Notes under the pieces: generated by a model
Told to the model about the DNA's origin: nothing
The model's input: only the letters and a program-made list of their open reading frames with translations
Databases searched by the model: none
Position numbers and translations under genes: made by a program
Assembly: GCA_051362555.1 (NCBI GenBank)
Contig: CM120648.1
Coordinates: forward strand, 1,713,721-1,777,720
Reading direction: 5' to 3'
DNA from: Lingula anatina
Lineage: Eukaryota; Animalia; Brachiopoda
DNA: 64,000 nucleotides
Shown: piece by piece, positions 39,331 through 52,700 of the stretch
Layout: each line of letters opens with the position of its first letter
Numbering within the stretch: the stretch's first letter is position 1

Positions 39331-42300
39331 GAGAAATGAAAAAGCCAGTGATGCTTCTTTTCAAATTCACATTTGTTCATACTTTAGGTGTTTGCGCCCA
39401 TCCTCCAAGGCCTTTACAACACCATAAAAAGGCTATCGTTTGATGAAGACGACTACAGGCAGCCTATACTGGTGCTTAGACAACTCTGTGATATACAAAC
39501 TTTTGGAAAACAGAAGCCAGTCTGCAGCTTGGTAGGTTTTGATGTACAATTGAAGAAATAATTGTGTATTTCATTTTTTTTTTTTTTTTTTTTTTGTGAC
39601 ATTCATTTATGATGTTGTTTTTGGAAAGCTAAAGGCTTTTTTACCATTCCATAATAAGTAAAAATCTTAGGAATTTGGCCCAAAATATAATGCATGATGC
39701 GAAAAGGGCCTAAGATATAAAGCATGATGTGAAAAGTCCTTTATTGTGCTCACCATTCATCAGAGGTGAAATTGATGAAGTGATGAAACTGCCTTTGTTG
39801 ACAATACTTAATGATTGACAATATTATTGATGTCACTGTAGATCATACAACTTGATAACTGGCTGCCGGCTGGTATGACAGAAGCAGAAGGGATGGAGCT
39901 GCAGAAACTGGCTTTTTTGGGACCTTTCTTTGCCCTGTCAGTATTCGCAGAAGACAATGTAAGGGAAAAAAAGGAAAGGGTAGTGAATATAGATGACATA
40001 GCAGGGGAATAAATAGAATTATACATAAACTCTTTTTCAGCTCAAAATGGTTTTCAATTCTTATGTGCATGGGACTTTTAGTTCACATAAAATTTAAAAA
40101 CTTAAAATCCTAGAGCAATAAAGATGGCTTGGTGAAGCTGGTAACAGAAAATTTATGAGGGATACCAGAGGGAATGCTCTTGTAGTAAAAAAAAAATATG
40201 ATGCTTAAATGTTGGACCACTTACTTGTTTTTAAACATGTGTAGTTGTTTTTTTTTTCATGTTAAATGTAAATGCTGTAAAATATAAACCCACATGTGTG
40301 TGACTTTTTCAGACACAGGTTGTTGAAAAATTGTTTGCTAACAAAGAGATGCCACCTGACAGTATTCGACTTGTTCATCAGAGACTGAGAAGTGAGATGG
40401 ACTTTGCCAGGGTAAGATATCTCTCTCTCTTCCTCCTTCCATCTCTCTCTCTCTCTCTCATTTATTTGCACACACCATCTTGCATTTCATATTAAAAATC
40501 ATTAATTTAATACTTGTCTTTCATATTTGTTTCCTTATAATTTACTTTCAGAATGAGCTGTTTGAAATAGTCCACACATTTTTAAGGAATGTGGACACTA
40601 GAGATTCCTGTTTGAACTTCATCACTGCTGTAATTCAAAGAAATCTCAAACGAGCACAGATCCAGGTATACTGAAACAAATGGTGTTAATAAGAAATTTG
40701 ATAATATTTTGTTACTGGCAGCGCCAAGATTTAATTACTGCTTTGGAAGTAACTGGCTGCCCGTAATAACGCCGTGATCACAAGATACCGTAAATAGATT
40801 TTTAGATTTTTAAAAAATAGATTTTTCATGTGAACGCAGGCTAAGAAGTCAATATGGTGATAATATGCAACTTTTCTTTTCAGGCTGATGAGCGTCTACT
40901 CTGTGGGGAGGGATTAATGCTGAATTTTCTCACTGTGCTACAGAAATTATCCAGACCCATTAAACTAGAGAAGGTGGGTGCTCTGTTCTGTCTTTTGTAA
41001 ATATGTATGGACAATATTTTTAACTGAAAATTTTTGTGTTGTTAGTTAGGAAGAGCATTGCAATTTTGACATGAAAGAGTGTTGTGTAATATAGTCGTGG
41101 TGTTTTTATAGCGAGGTATTTTGAAAGACCAGAAAACAGTTATTCTTTTCTCGGTCACCAAGGTGCAACATTTCCATAACAGTTAACACAGTCCATTAAC
41201 ACTCTCATTTTAGAGATTTTAGTTTTTTGTCTAATTATGTGTCGATTGTCTGATTTAGATGGAAACTGGTGATTTTCAAGTGTAAAAGGAAAATAAAAAT
41301 TTAGAACTCGAAAAGGTTTATTTCTTATAATATAAATATTTTAATTTTCTTATTAGTTTTAGATTTCAGATTATAACTTAAAAATTAAGGGAGAATTGAT
41401 ATTAAATTTTTTTGCTATACAAATAGCTTTAAAGTGTATTTTCTCTATTTTTAAACAGGTAGACCCCTTCTATTTGTTCTCCCCTAACGCACGCGTCAAT
41501 ATTTCGGAAGAGGCAAGATTAAAGTGCACCACTCAGGACTCTACACAGTGGATTGAAGAACTGAGTGAGTTAGAAATTAATAATTCAATGAATATAAATG
41601 GCATAAACACTGACAGAGCCCATTAGCAATGTGCTTGTATAATTAGCATCAAGTTTTCATTTATCAGGAGCTGTAGAGTCTGGTAGAAAAATTTGCTTCA
41701 TGATGTTTTGTCACTATGCCATAAACAGACTACAGAGAAAGAGAGCCCACATGTTCAGTTATTATAAATATAAATTTCAGACAAGGACACGTCGCACATT
41801 TGGCAGGATGCCAAGTTCCCCACGGAATGTTATTTCCTCACTCTTCACTCTCACCATCTTTCCATCCTTCCCATAACGCGCAAATATCAGCGACGCCTAC
41901 GAGCCATGCGGGATCTCACACGCATGATAGAAGAACTGGAAAACCACGAGCCACAATGGAAACATCTACCAACAGTTGCCAGTAGGAATAGAGAATTATT
42001 GAAACGCTGGAAGTCTCAAGAACGGGTAAAAAACATTGTAGAGTTGATATTATTATATGATAATAACTTAGAAATCATTATTTTCTGGCATTTGCTTACA
42101 GACCTCAAATTTATAATTATACATTTAATTACTTTAATAATGTTTTTTCCCCCCATTGTGATGCATATTGTTTTTAGTTTAAAAAATTTTTTGTCACATG
42201 AACCCAGCTCACTTTTAAGAACATGAACTGTAGTTTTCAGGCAGTGCATGCAAAATGTTTTTAAAGGGTAATTAAATCAGTTTTGTTCATAGTAAGTGAG

Positions 42301-43488
42301 GTTTTCCCATAAGATATTTGAATTTTAAACAAAAATAAATGCAGAATAAAAAAACTTTGTATCTCCCACATGCTTTCAGAGACTACAGCGCGGCAAGATG
42401 TGTGCTGATGCCGCAGTTTTCCAAGAATCTTTGTTAGTCGGCACACTACAGTTCTTCGAGACTCTTGTGCAATATCTACTCAGGCTGGTTTGTCCTTCAT
42501 ATCCAAGGTTTGTCTGTGTGTATAGATCTTTCTCTTTCTCTCTCTCTCTCTCTGAATGTGTGTACAAGTGTGTCTGTGTGTTTAAGTGTACCTCTTTCCT
42601 CTGTGAACATTTTTTTCACAAGAACTCTCTTTCTCTCTCTGTTTGACTATGTGTATATGTGTATTTACTTTGTAAATTTATCTAGTTAGAATGATAATAT
42701 CTTTAAAAACATTAAATTGTATTGCTTCTTTAAAAAAAAGAAAATGTTTTACATATTGTTTTCTTTTAATATTTTTAACCATTCTTTGAAATAAAAAAAT
42801 TAATAAAAGTATTTATTTTTAAAAAAATTTAAGGATCTCCCTGCCACTTCCTCAAGAGGTTCCAATGTTGTTTGCAGCACTGCCAGAATACTATGTGGAG
42901 GATTTGGCCGACTTCTTTCTGTTTGTCATACAGTGAGTACAGTTTGCTACTGATGGTCAGATTGGAAAATGCTAGTGTCTTCATTTTCAAGCCTCTGTGT
43001 GTATGTGACCATCTCTTAAATATTAACATGTTTTTCATACTATTTCAGATACACGCCCCACATTTTGGAAACTTCACTGACTCATATAAAAGATCTTGCG
43101 GATTTCTTGATAGTGTTCATATCAAGTTCCCATTATATCAAAAACCCATATTTGGTGGCAAAACTGATCGAGGTCATGTTTGTACTGAACCCAAACGTGC
43201 AGCCGAGAACGGAAAAGACGAGCGACATGGTTCTGAACAACTCCCTGGCTCTGGACAACCTTTCTCCTGCCCTGATGAAGTTTTATACAGGTGAGCGTTT
43301 CCAATAGAATGATCGCTCTGCTTTTAAATTTAGAGAAAAGTATACATATCACTTTTATCAGGATGAACCTTTTACCTCTTATCATTTGTTAATTGTATTT
43401 GTTGTCATTATTATTATTTTTATTATAATTGTTGTTTTACATTTTGGTACGACAGTTTCTCACATTTAACAGTTACTTATTTGTTCTC

Positions 43489-43545
<57 letters not shown>

Positions 43546-44784
43546 TAATAATAAGATATGTGTATATATGTGTATATTTTCAGATGTGGAGTCAACTGGA
43601 GCTAGCAGCGAGTTCTATGATAAGTTTAGCATTCGCTATCACATCAGTATCATCTTTAAGACGTTGTGGGAAAACCCTGCACACAAAGGGAAGCTGATTG
43701 AAGAGGCAAAGTGAGAGCTTTTGCTTATTATTATTATTTATTTATTTATTTTTATGAATGTGCATATTCTGAAGTTTTAAAGAAGCACATTGATAAAGAA
43801 GTTCTATCATGTGAAAAGTGGTAGTCTTGAAGGTACATTTGCATTAGGTTTGTTAAGTTACTAAGGTTACATTTTTTTTTTGAGTAGATGGAATCTCTAA
43901 GTTAACAACATGATTTTTTTAAATTTTATAGATGAAATCCCCGAAGTCATAATATTTATTTTCCTTACAGCTCAGGAAATCAAGAATTTTGTTTGTTTGT
44001 TTGTTTCTTTTTTTTTCCTAAGAGATAAAATCACAGGCAAGACTAACCAAACATTTCAATTTCTAATCATCTCCAGCTCAGGAAAGCAGTTTGTGAGGTT
44101 TGTCAACATGCTGATGAATGACACCACCTTCCTCCTGGACGAGAGTCTGGATACCCTGAAGAGCATCCATGAGGCACAGGAGCTGATGGAGAACAAGGCA
44201 GAATGGGGGAAGTTGTCTAGGGTAAGTGCTGGCAGATACTGGAGGGAAGAGGGGGTGGGGGAGGGGGGCAAGAACAAGAAAGGGTGGGGGAAGTTGTCTA
44301 GGGAAAGTGCTGGCAGGTCCAGGTGTGTGAGGGGGAGTGGAGGGTTTGGGTGCAGGGACAAGAACAGAAGAACAGAAAGAATGGGGAAAATTGTATGAGG
44401 TAAGTGCTGGCATATCCGTGGGAAAGAAGGGGGGAGGGGAGCTAGGATGGTTTTTCAAACTCTATCATTGTTGGGGAAGATATGTTTAAACCATACCATT
44501 ATTGGACATGTATCTTGGACCAGCAGAAAGCAGTGAAAGTTAAATTACTGTTACTTTGTTGGTATTGTGGAGTGTATAAATGATAACCATACCTTTATCT
44601 GTTGTGTATCTAGGAGCAGCAGCAAAGCAAGCAACGCCAGTTAGCCCAGGATGAGAGACAGTGCAGATCCTACCTGACGCTCGGCTCAGAGACAGTGGAG
44701 ATGTTTTACTACCTCACTCGCCAGATACAGATGCCTTTCTTAGTGCCTGTAAGTGTCAGCTTAAACCTCTTGTCCCTTCCTTCA

Positions 44785-44823
<39 letters not shown>

Positions 44824-46692
44824 GTTAATAGTGGGTCAAATTCATGTTTACAGTTACTGTATTCTTTTATACTAAATAGCAGTGGTATACTGTTCAATTT
44901 GGCAGAATAGTTCACTAAAACTTGGTGATTTTTCAGAAACTGATATAAATGGTTGCATTTTTAGCCAAAACAGTACAATGCTTAAGGGTGGGTCACTATC
45001 TTCCATGACTGATAATGATATGATTATTGAAAACTCCATATTTTACCCTAGAAGAATGCTTGTTGCTAAAGATGCCTTACATTGTACAGTTTATTTATAT
45101 TTTTTTAAAGTTTTATTATTTTTATCTTTAGGAATTAGCTGACCGCTTGGCAGCCATGTTGAACTTCAACCTCCAGCAGTTGTGTGGACCAAAGTGTAAA
45201 GAATTGAAGGTGAAGAACCCTGACAAGTATGGCTGGGAACCCAAGAAACTTCTGGACAGGCTGACCAGTATTTATCTCCACCTCAACAACTGTGATGCAT
45301 TTGCTCAGGCTATTGCCAATGATGAGGTATGCACAATTAATGATGAGGTAATACACAACAAATGATGAGGTATTATGCAATAAATAATGAGGTAATGCAC
45401 AACAAATGATGTGGTAATACACAACAAATGATGAGGTAATACACAACAAATGCTGTATGAATATATTATAGACTCGACCAAAGAAGTTGGGAATTGTTGA
45501 AGGTTGTATAAAACAGTAATTACATTATGTATATTGAATTTATGAAAAGGTACTAAACAGGCATTGACGGGTAGAATAAGAAAGAGAGAGTGTGTGTGTT
45601 TGGGGGTGGGGGGGGGGGGGGAGGAAGACAAGACGGCCCCCACAATATTCATGGGCTATCCATCAAATATGGTCATATCTATCTGCATTCCAGAGATCTT
45701 ATCGGAAAGAGCTATTTGATGATGCTGTGGCCAGATTAAAGAAGGCCTGTATCAAGACTCATACAGAAATTGCCCAGTTTCAACAGCTGCAGAGTAAGGT
45801 GGAGAAGCTGTTGGTGGAGAAACACAAAGAGGAGACAGATTTTGGGGATATTCCAGACGATTTTAGAGGTATTTTGCCAAAAAGTTTTTTGTTTGTTTGT
45901 TGTTTTGACAGCTGTTTCCTGAAGGCACTCTGAAAATTAACCCTTCTTTAAAGTATTACTGCATAAGATGCGAAGAAGTATTTTACTGTGTGCATGTTTA
46001 ATTAAGTTACAACCAAAACAGCACATGTATTTTTTCACCATTCTCAACCAATTGAGAAAAAAGAGTTATTTCCACACAATTTAAAGCCATCTATTGAGGA
46101 ATATGCTAACACAGTGCTGCCGTCTATTGTAGATCCGCTGATGGACACCCTGATGACAGACCCTGTGATACTGCCCAGTGGGACTGTCATGGATAGGCCT
46201 ATTATACAGCGCCATCTATTGAACTCCAGCACAGATCCCTTCAACAGGCAGCATTTGACAGAGGAGATGCTGATACCAGGTAAAGAGGGATTTCTTTCGG
46301 AAGTCTATTATATTTGACATCAAACTTACCTGGAAATGAAAATTTCCAAGATGGAATATTATGATGATATTAATAATGAGTATAATGATAATAATAATGA
46401 TAATATGACAAAAGTTGTGCTTATCACAGTTTTCATTATGAAGGGGTGTTCGCTACAAGAAGCAGATGTCGCGTCTCCCACACTTCTGTTTATTAAGCAG
46501 TTACCTACTGTGTCATTCTGACTCGATTTTGAAAAAATGTCCCTGCTCCCATCACTTCACTTTATGATTTATTTTGCAAAAATATATTTTTTTTCTGCTT
46601 TTTCAATTGTTGACATAATGAATCATTTCATTACAGCAACAGATCTGAAAAAGCGCATCGAACAGTGGAAAAGAGAGAAAACAAAGAAGTGA
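32428..46692 (+). CDS. UBE4B: Ubiquitin conjugation factor E4 B (Ufd2 core plus U-box), about 26 coding exons
   Basis: Exon 32428-32451 gives MSELTPDE and 33328 onward gives MRRRRLARL. Later exons give [100 protein letters not shown] and the U-box [31 protein letters not shown]. Stop codon at 46690-46692. Confidence 0.96.
34096..36434. mobile_element. Outer ~0.2-kb MITE interrupted by a nested insertion
   Basis: Inverted ends cattcccatagatttagat..gatcgatcta and tagatcgatctaaaatctgtgggaatg; the TSD is not clear. Confidence 0.55.
34231..36361. mobile_element. 2.1-kb non-autonomous Kolobok-like DNA transposon in UBE4B intron 3
   Basis: 12-bp TIR GG(C/T)CGGTGATAG at both ends, TTAA at 34227-34230 and 36362-36365, CpG-rich interior, and no recognisable transposase ORF. 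Confidence 0.7.
44190..44420 (+). repeat. Three degenerate copies of a UBE4B exon end plus 5' splice site
   Basis: agaaca...tgggg.aa.ttgt.t..gg.aagtgctggca at about 44190, 44270 and 44368. Confidence 0.8.
45318..45455 (+). repeat. 21-22-bp minisatellite (about 6 units) containing a UBE4B splice donor
   Basis: aatgatgag|gta... is repeated; the first unit is the true exon end at 45326. Confidence 0.85.
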
Positions 46693-48235
46693 CTGAAGAA
46701 AAACAGAACACAACATCTGGTTTAACATATCAATTAACAATATATACAGACACATCTGTGTCTGTACATAAAAAACAGACCCTCAAAAAATAACACGGAT
46801 ATGGAGTATTCCAGTCTTTCCTGGAAAATAACTGTTATCCCTAGTTGAACTTCTACCATATATAAAAAAAACTGGTATTTTTCTGCAAGCAAGAATATTT
46901 TGGAATTCTCAACCTTTTCAATAACAAGCTGAGGAAAGCTGAAAGTTTTACTTATCTATTATGATGCAGTTTATATGTATTTATTATTTTGTCCTTCAAG
47001 GGAAAATCTTTTTAGTTGCTAAAGAAGGCCAGTATCACTCAGTTATTATTTGTAATACTTAACAAACCCCCATTTATTCCGTCTCTTAAGTATACTATTC
47101 AAAGATACGTGAATATTTTGAGGTAAAAATAAAATGCTTTTTTGTTTTTAAGTTTGGGAGGTGGGAGGGGGGTGGGTGGGTTGAAAGAAAACATAAAATA
47201 AAACAGTTCTCCTGTTCTCCTTTCTAGTGTTCAAGAAATAAGGTTCCTTTTTGGTCACATAATCATTTATGTTGGAATGATGGTAAAGAGCATTGGGCAG
47301 GTTATAAGGGTGCTTATGGTCCAGTGTTACAATGAAGGTATTTCTGGACTGATTACAGATTTTCAAAAGTTTTGATGGTGGGACACCACATCATTGTCGA
47401 CCTGGACGAGGCTGTGGTAGGGTAGTAAACCACATGCCTTGCCGTATTCAGGGGTTTTGTCCCAGGTGGTTTGTACCTAGTTTTATTACTGATATTATAG
47501 CGATTAAAAAAGTCAATCCCTTGGAATGGACCATTTGAGCGAGGGGAACACATTATGGCAAGTCTTTCATTTTTGGAGTCTGAAAGATATGTATTAAGAA
47601 AGTCCACTTTTTGTGCTTTTGACTTTTTGGCCAATATTCAGTCATTAATTGCACATAGTCAATTTGCACATGTGATAGGTTTCCTCCCTTTTCTGTTTCT
47701 GTACAACTTTGATATTCACCAAGTGAACCCACTGGTTCTCTCTGTCTATTCAAGCAAATACATCTGTCCAGACTGCTTTGTACCATGTTGTTTCTCTGGA
47801 TTATCAGCTGGTTGTTTCACAAGTTCAAAGAGTAAGTCAAGAATTTGTAATATGTATTATAGGAGTTTTAAAGATGAAGCCTTTATTCAATGTTTCTGTG
47901 GGAATAAAAATATCTCAATTGACCCAATTGTTTTTCGTTGGTTGGTTTATTGAGTGGTAGAAAAAAAATTGCCAGTGGCACAAGAAACAAGTACCATTTC
48001 TTCAAGCTAGAGAATTCTGTTTTATTTTGGTACAAGCTAGAGAATTCTGTTTTATTATGGTAATCTTATTACCCTCCACACAAAAGAGAGATGATTTCTT
48101 ATAGCCAACTGCTAAAGTTTCTAGCACAATAAATAAATCACAAATAACCAAAGTTAAACAGCTACAAAGTTCCTAAGTACAAAAGTCCTTGATGTTTGCA
48201 TTGTTAACAACACTGCGGACCTTCACACAGCGCAG

Positions 48236-49693
48236 TTAACAACAAGCTTCCAAAAACTCCACGGCTTTCAACAGTCCAGACATATCTGCCCTCCTCAGCA
48301 GGGACCTCTTCAACTGCTGCCGACAGTTCATGTGGGAACAGAATGACCTCCCCGGGCTGAAAACGACCTCGGCAGTCAAGGTCAGAAGCCAGGTCATGAG
48401 GATCCCCCTTTGCAGATTGTTCTGGTTTTGGTTGCCCCCAGAGGTCAGGACAGACCAGCCCAGTGGGAGCAGGTGCTCTTGCCAGAGATATAAATGGAGA
48501 AGGTTGGCTATGGTGTCTGCTTCAGGCCTCTACGAATAATAATATCATGATGCTATTAATAAAATGAGACAAAATCAGAAAATTTTTACTACAAACAATT
48601 GTGGGAAATAGAATTCACTAGAATCCAATAGTTTTCACTAGAATTAAACATATTTCATGTTTTGCATTACAAGTCAAACATTAAGCGTGTTACTGATTTT
48701 GCTCACATTTGTGCCATAAAAAATTCTTTTTTTACACTCTGTTCCACAAAGCAATCATTAAAAAAAAAATTGAACACACAAATTGCACACTTTTTTCCCC
48801 CCATTTGCTAAAAGTCTATTTGCTAATTAAAAAAATAATTTTCAAGAAGAATCTTTACCTCATTTGGATCCCTCATCAGCATACTATATACAGCCATCTT
48901 TATGAGGACTGGGATGTTATCTGTGAATTAGAAGTCAAAATGATATCAGTCATAAAATTTAACTTCACCTTAAATAGCCTTATTTTCCCCACAAATCGGA
49001 AAGAGTCCCAGTTAACTAAAACTATATAAAGAAAAGCAATAAAACATCTTTTTAAACATCTACTTGAAGGATACTTTAAACTACTTTTCTCGGGCAAAAC
49101 TGGGTTTCACTTTAGCAGAGGGAAGATATAAACACTACTGCTGCCTGCTCTTAATTCACATTCCAGTGAATGACTTAACTGTCAAATGGTACAAAAATCT
49201 TTAAAGTCTAAGTCTACAGTGACTGTCAACAGAATATTTCTTTTCTACCTGGCAAACAAGGCAAATCCTCCTCCTTATAGAACCTGCTGTCTAGGCCTTG
49301 GCCATGAAACGGGTTGGTCAGCCCAAAGATTTGGAAGGCCAGTGTGCCAACTGCCCAGAGGTCTGCCTTCCTGTAGTCAAGGTAACTGCACTGACCAGGG
49401 GAGGCACAGGCTATCTGAAACCCAGGGACAGTAGGGTTGAGTGAGGTCTTCAGGAAAAATAATACTTTTGACCTCTCTAAGGTTAAATTTGTGTTGGTTA
49501 CTTTTAAGGAATTTCTGTTTCAAGTTATTTTTTCAGATGAAGAAACCAATTTATGCCCGAACTCTCTCTCTCTTTCTCTCTCTCTCTCTCACACACACAC
49601 ACACGCACACACATCTGTTAAAATCTCACACCAACAAGTTCAAGAACATACTAGTAAGCATGCACGCACTTGCTGATGTGATCATGTATGAAG

Positions 49694-49735
<42 letters not shown>

Positions 49736-52700
49736 ATACCTCAGGAGCCATAAGAGCCGGGTTTCCACCCTTCCCTACTTCTGATGTCCAGTAGGGGATG
49801 ACCAGCCCATTCTCTTGGTCACACAAACAGTTGCCAAAGTCTGTGACAACCACCTGCGGAGAGGAATCTGGCAAAACAAAATAAATAAATAAATAAATAA
49901 ATAAATAAATATGAATAAATGAATATGAATAAATGAATAAAGAACTGAGAGATCAGCTCTCTTGTCACTAAATATTTTTTTTAAAAAACAAACAAACAAA
50001 CAAAAAAAAAAACTTTTCAGGTCAACTCACCTCTGTTGTCCTGAAGGTCAACCAGGATGTTATTGGCCTTAAGGTCACGGTGGGCAATCCCATGCCTGCC
50101 CATGTGTACCACTGCCTCCAGGAGCTGTGCCAGTACCAGGATCCTGGTCTCCAGGGAGGGGCTGTGAGTGGTGAGGTATTCCTCCAGGGTACAGGAGTAT
50201 CTGGGGAAACGGTGAGCATGAGGATTTAAGATAACGTAGACTTGTATCACTATTACTATTATATTCTTATTCTGATTTCAGGTACCAACTACACTACCAT
50301 CTCTCTCTCTCTCTCTCTCTCTCTCGTTTTTGTTATTAATAATACAAATGCAACAGGGAACATGTCCAGTGTTACTGAAATTTCAGACCAGTAGATTTTA
50401 GGAAAATGGTGGTCTGAATGGCCAATACGCTAAAAAGTTTTTGCACAGACAGTTCACAGGTTTTTAAGTTGTTCCTCTTGCAAAACATTCCCCCTTCTTC
50501 CCCAAGTGGGTTCTATTGCCGCCTACCTTTTCATCACCAGATACATGGTCATATTCCTGCCGCAGCCTTCTGGGTTGATTCTCTGGGGTAGAGGGCACGG
50601 GAATTCCTTCAAACAATCCTTGAGCTCTAAAACATCTCCAACAAATACTTGTCTCATGTCCACAATGTTGGGGTGAGGGGGAAGTTTCATTTTCTTTTTC
50701 ACATGGTTCCTATAAGTCCAAGATGATGAAATATATATAAAGTTTTAAAAAGAAAATAACATAGTTATACTTACTATTTATCCATAAGACTGTTATCTCA
50801 TATTTCTCAAAATGCAAAGGTTTTGACATATTAATACTTGTGCAATGATTGAAGGCAGAAAATCAGTTGCCAGACTATCATAAAAGATATTTTGACAAAA
50901 CTGCATCTCAAGCTACCAACTTTTTAATATTTCCATATAAACCATACTCATTCTCCCACATATCCATCTGAACCTACCCATTCTCTCACATATCCATCTC
51001 AACCTGCTGATTCTCCCACATATCCATCTGAACCTACCCATTCTCCCACATATCCATCTCAACCTGCCAATTCTCCCACATATCCATCTGAACCTACCCA
51101 TTCTCCCACATATCCATCTCAACCTGCCGATTCTCCCACATATCCATCTGAACCTACCCATTCTCCCATATATCCATCTCAACCTGCCGATTCTCCCACA
51201 TATCCATCTGAACCTACCCATTCTCCCACATATCCATCTCAACCTTTCCATTCTCACACATCTCCATCTCAACCTACCCATTCTCCCACATATCCATGTC
51301 AGTGTTGGAAGCAGCCATCTTGGCAGGCACCATTTCTTTGCTCATCTCTCTGAGGATCAGCTCTGCGTTGGATGCCACATGGTAGTTGAACATGACTTTC
51401 ACAGCCAATTTGTACTCCGTTGATGTGTTGTGATCTGAAATCAGTAACCCACAGCAACAACTTTAGAGGAAAAGAAAGCCAAGTTTACACCTGTCCAGCA
51501 ATAAAGTTAACCTCTTAAAAATATCCACAAAATGATCCAAACTTCGTAAGGGTCCTCTGGGTAAAATAACCACCACACAAAGAAGTGGTGCACTGCTCAT
51601 GACGGGTGCACTGCATTAAACTGATTTTTAAAACAAATATTTTTTTCAAGTAACGGAAAATTTCGCTCAGCACTCAATGAATATTTCATATGCCTGTATA
51701 ACTCTGGTCGCAGACCCTTGACCTCCTCTCCCCATATATTCCAATAACTTGATGCATTAACTACCTTGGTGATTCAGGCCCTGTGTGCCCGTCTCCAGGT
51801 CATCATCACTACAAAAACTGAAGTCAGCTTCATCATCTGATGACATCACCTCTGAGGACTGTTCTGATTGGCTAATCTCAGTAACCTTGACCTGGTCATC
51901 AAGTACAGCATCTTCCAATGTTTTCATGGCAACATCAGCATTCAAAGTAGAGAGCTCCTCTTCTTTTGGTATGTCATAGTCATTGAGAGAAAGGCTGGTG
52001 TTTGAGCCTGTATAGAAATAATCTGTGGGAAAATGAGATATCTAGATAATATTGAAAATCCATCTCCAAGAAAGTTCAAACAAGACCTAAATCAGTCTTT
52101 AACAAGCCCTCACATATCATATCATATTATACACTGTTCTGAGTATCATTTAGATATACATACATGCAATTCCATACAAGCAAACTCCACCTGGTTTTAA
52201 AAAATCTGAAATTGTTTATTAATTATGTCAAGCTCTGTGAGTAATCACCATGAATGATTTCCAACAATGCACTTCTACCTGTTAGTTTTGCCTCATACAC
52301 AGCTGCATTGCAGCCCTTTGCGATTATGTTTCCAAATGTATAATCTTCAAGGCAGAATCCAATTTCTGTTGAGCAGGGTTTGGCCTCAACATTTTCATAT
52401 GATGATTTGAAAAGCTCCTGTAAGTGGACAGAGGAAAAAATGTTCATTTAAAAATTTCCACGCATTGCCTTTCCCATTGTTTTTCTGTTAATTAATTTTG
52501 TCTAGATAAACTAGACAAAAATCTGACAAATGTACAGACATTAGTTATTAATTCTCACAAATGTTCAATTATGGAGATGAAATCGTGGCAAAATTTTTAA
52601 TAAGAAAAGTGAACTTGCTTTTCACAATGAAAATATAATCTATTCCAAAATGTTTACCCCAGGATGCTGTTTACAGTATCACTAGCCCTCAAATAATTGA

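Noticed and set aside
43489-43553. (AAT)n, (GA)n, (CA)n and poly-G/poly-A tracts here and throughout the window
   Set aside because: Ordinary intronic microsatellites; the poly-Asn, Arg-Glu and His-Thr ORFs they generate are spurious.
47148-47960. Overlapping ORFs of 72-132 aa between UBE4B and PINK1
   Set aside because: No recognisable motif or splice model; the region is where two 3' UTRs converge.
50913-51281. 122-aa repetitive ORF (MGRFRWICGR)n, and the idea of a CRISPR-like array
   Set aside because: The ORF is a by-product of a 30-bp repeat in a frame different from PINK1. The units are contiguous with no unique spacers, there are no cas genes, and the context is eukaryotic.
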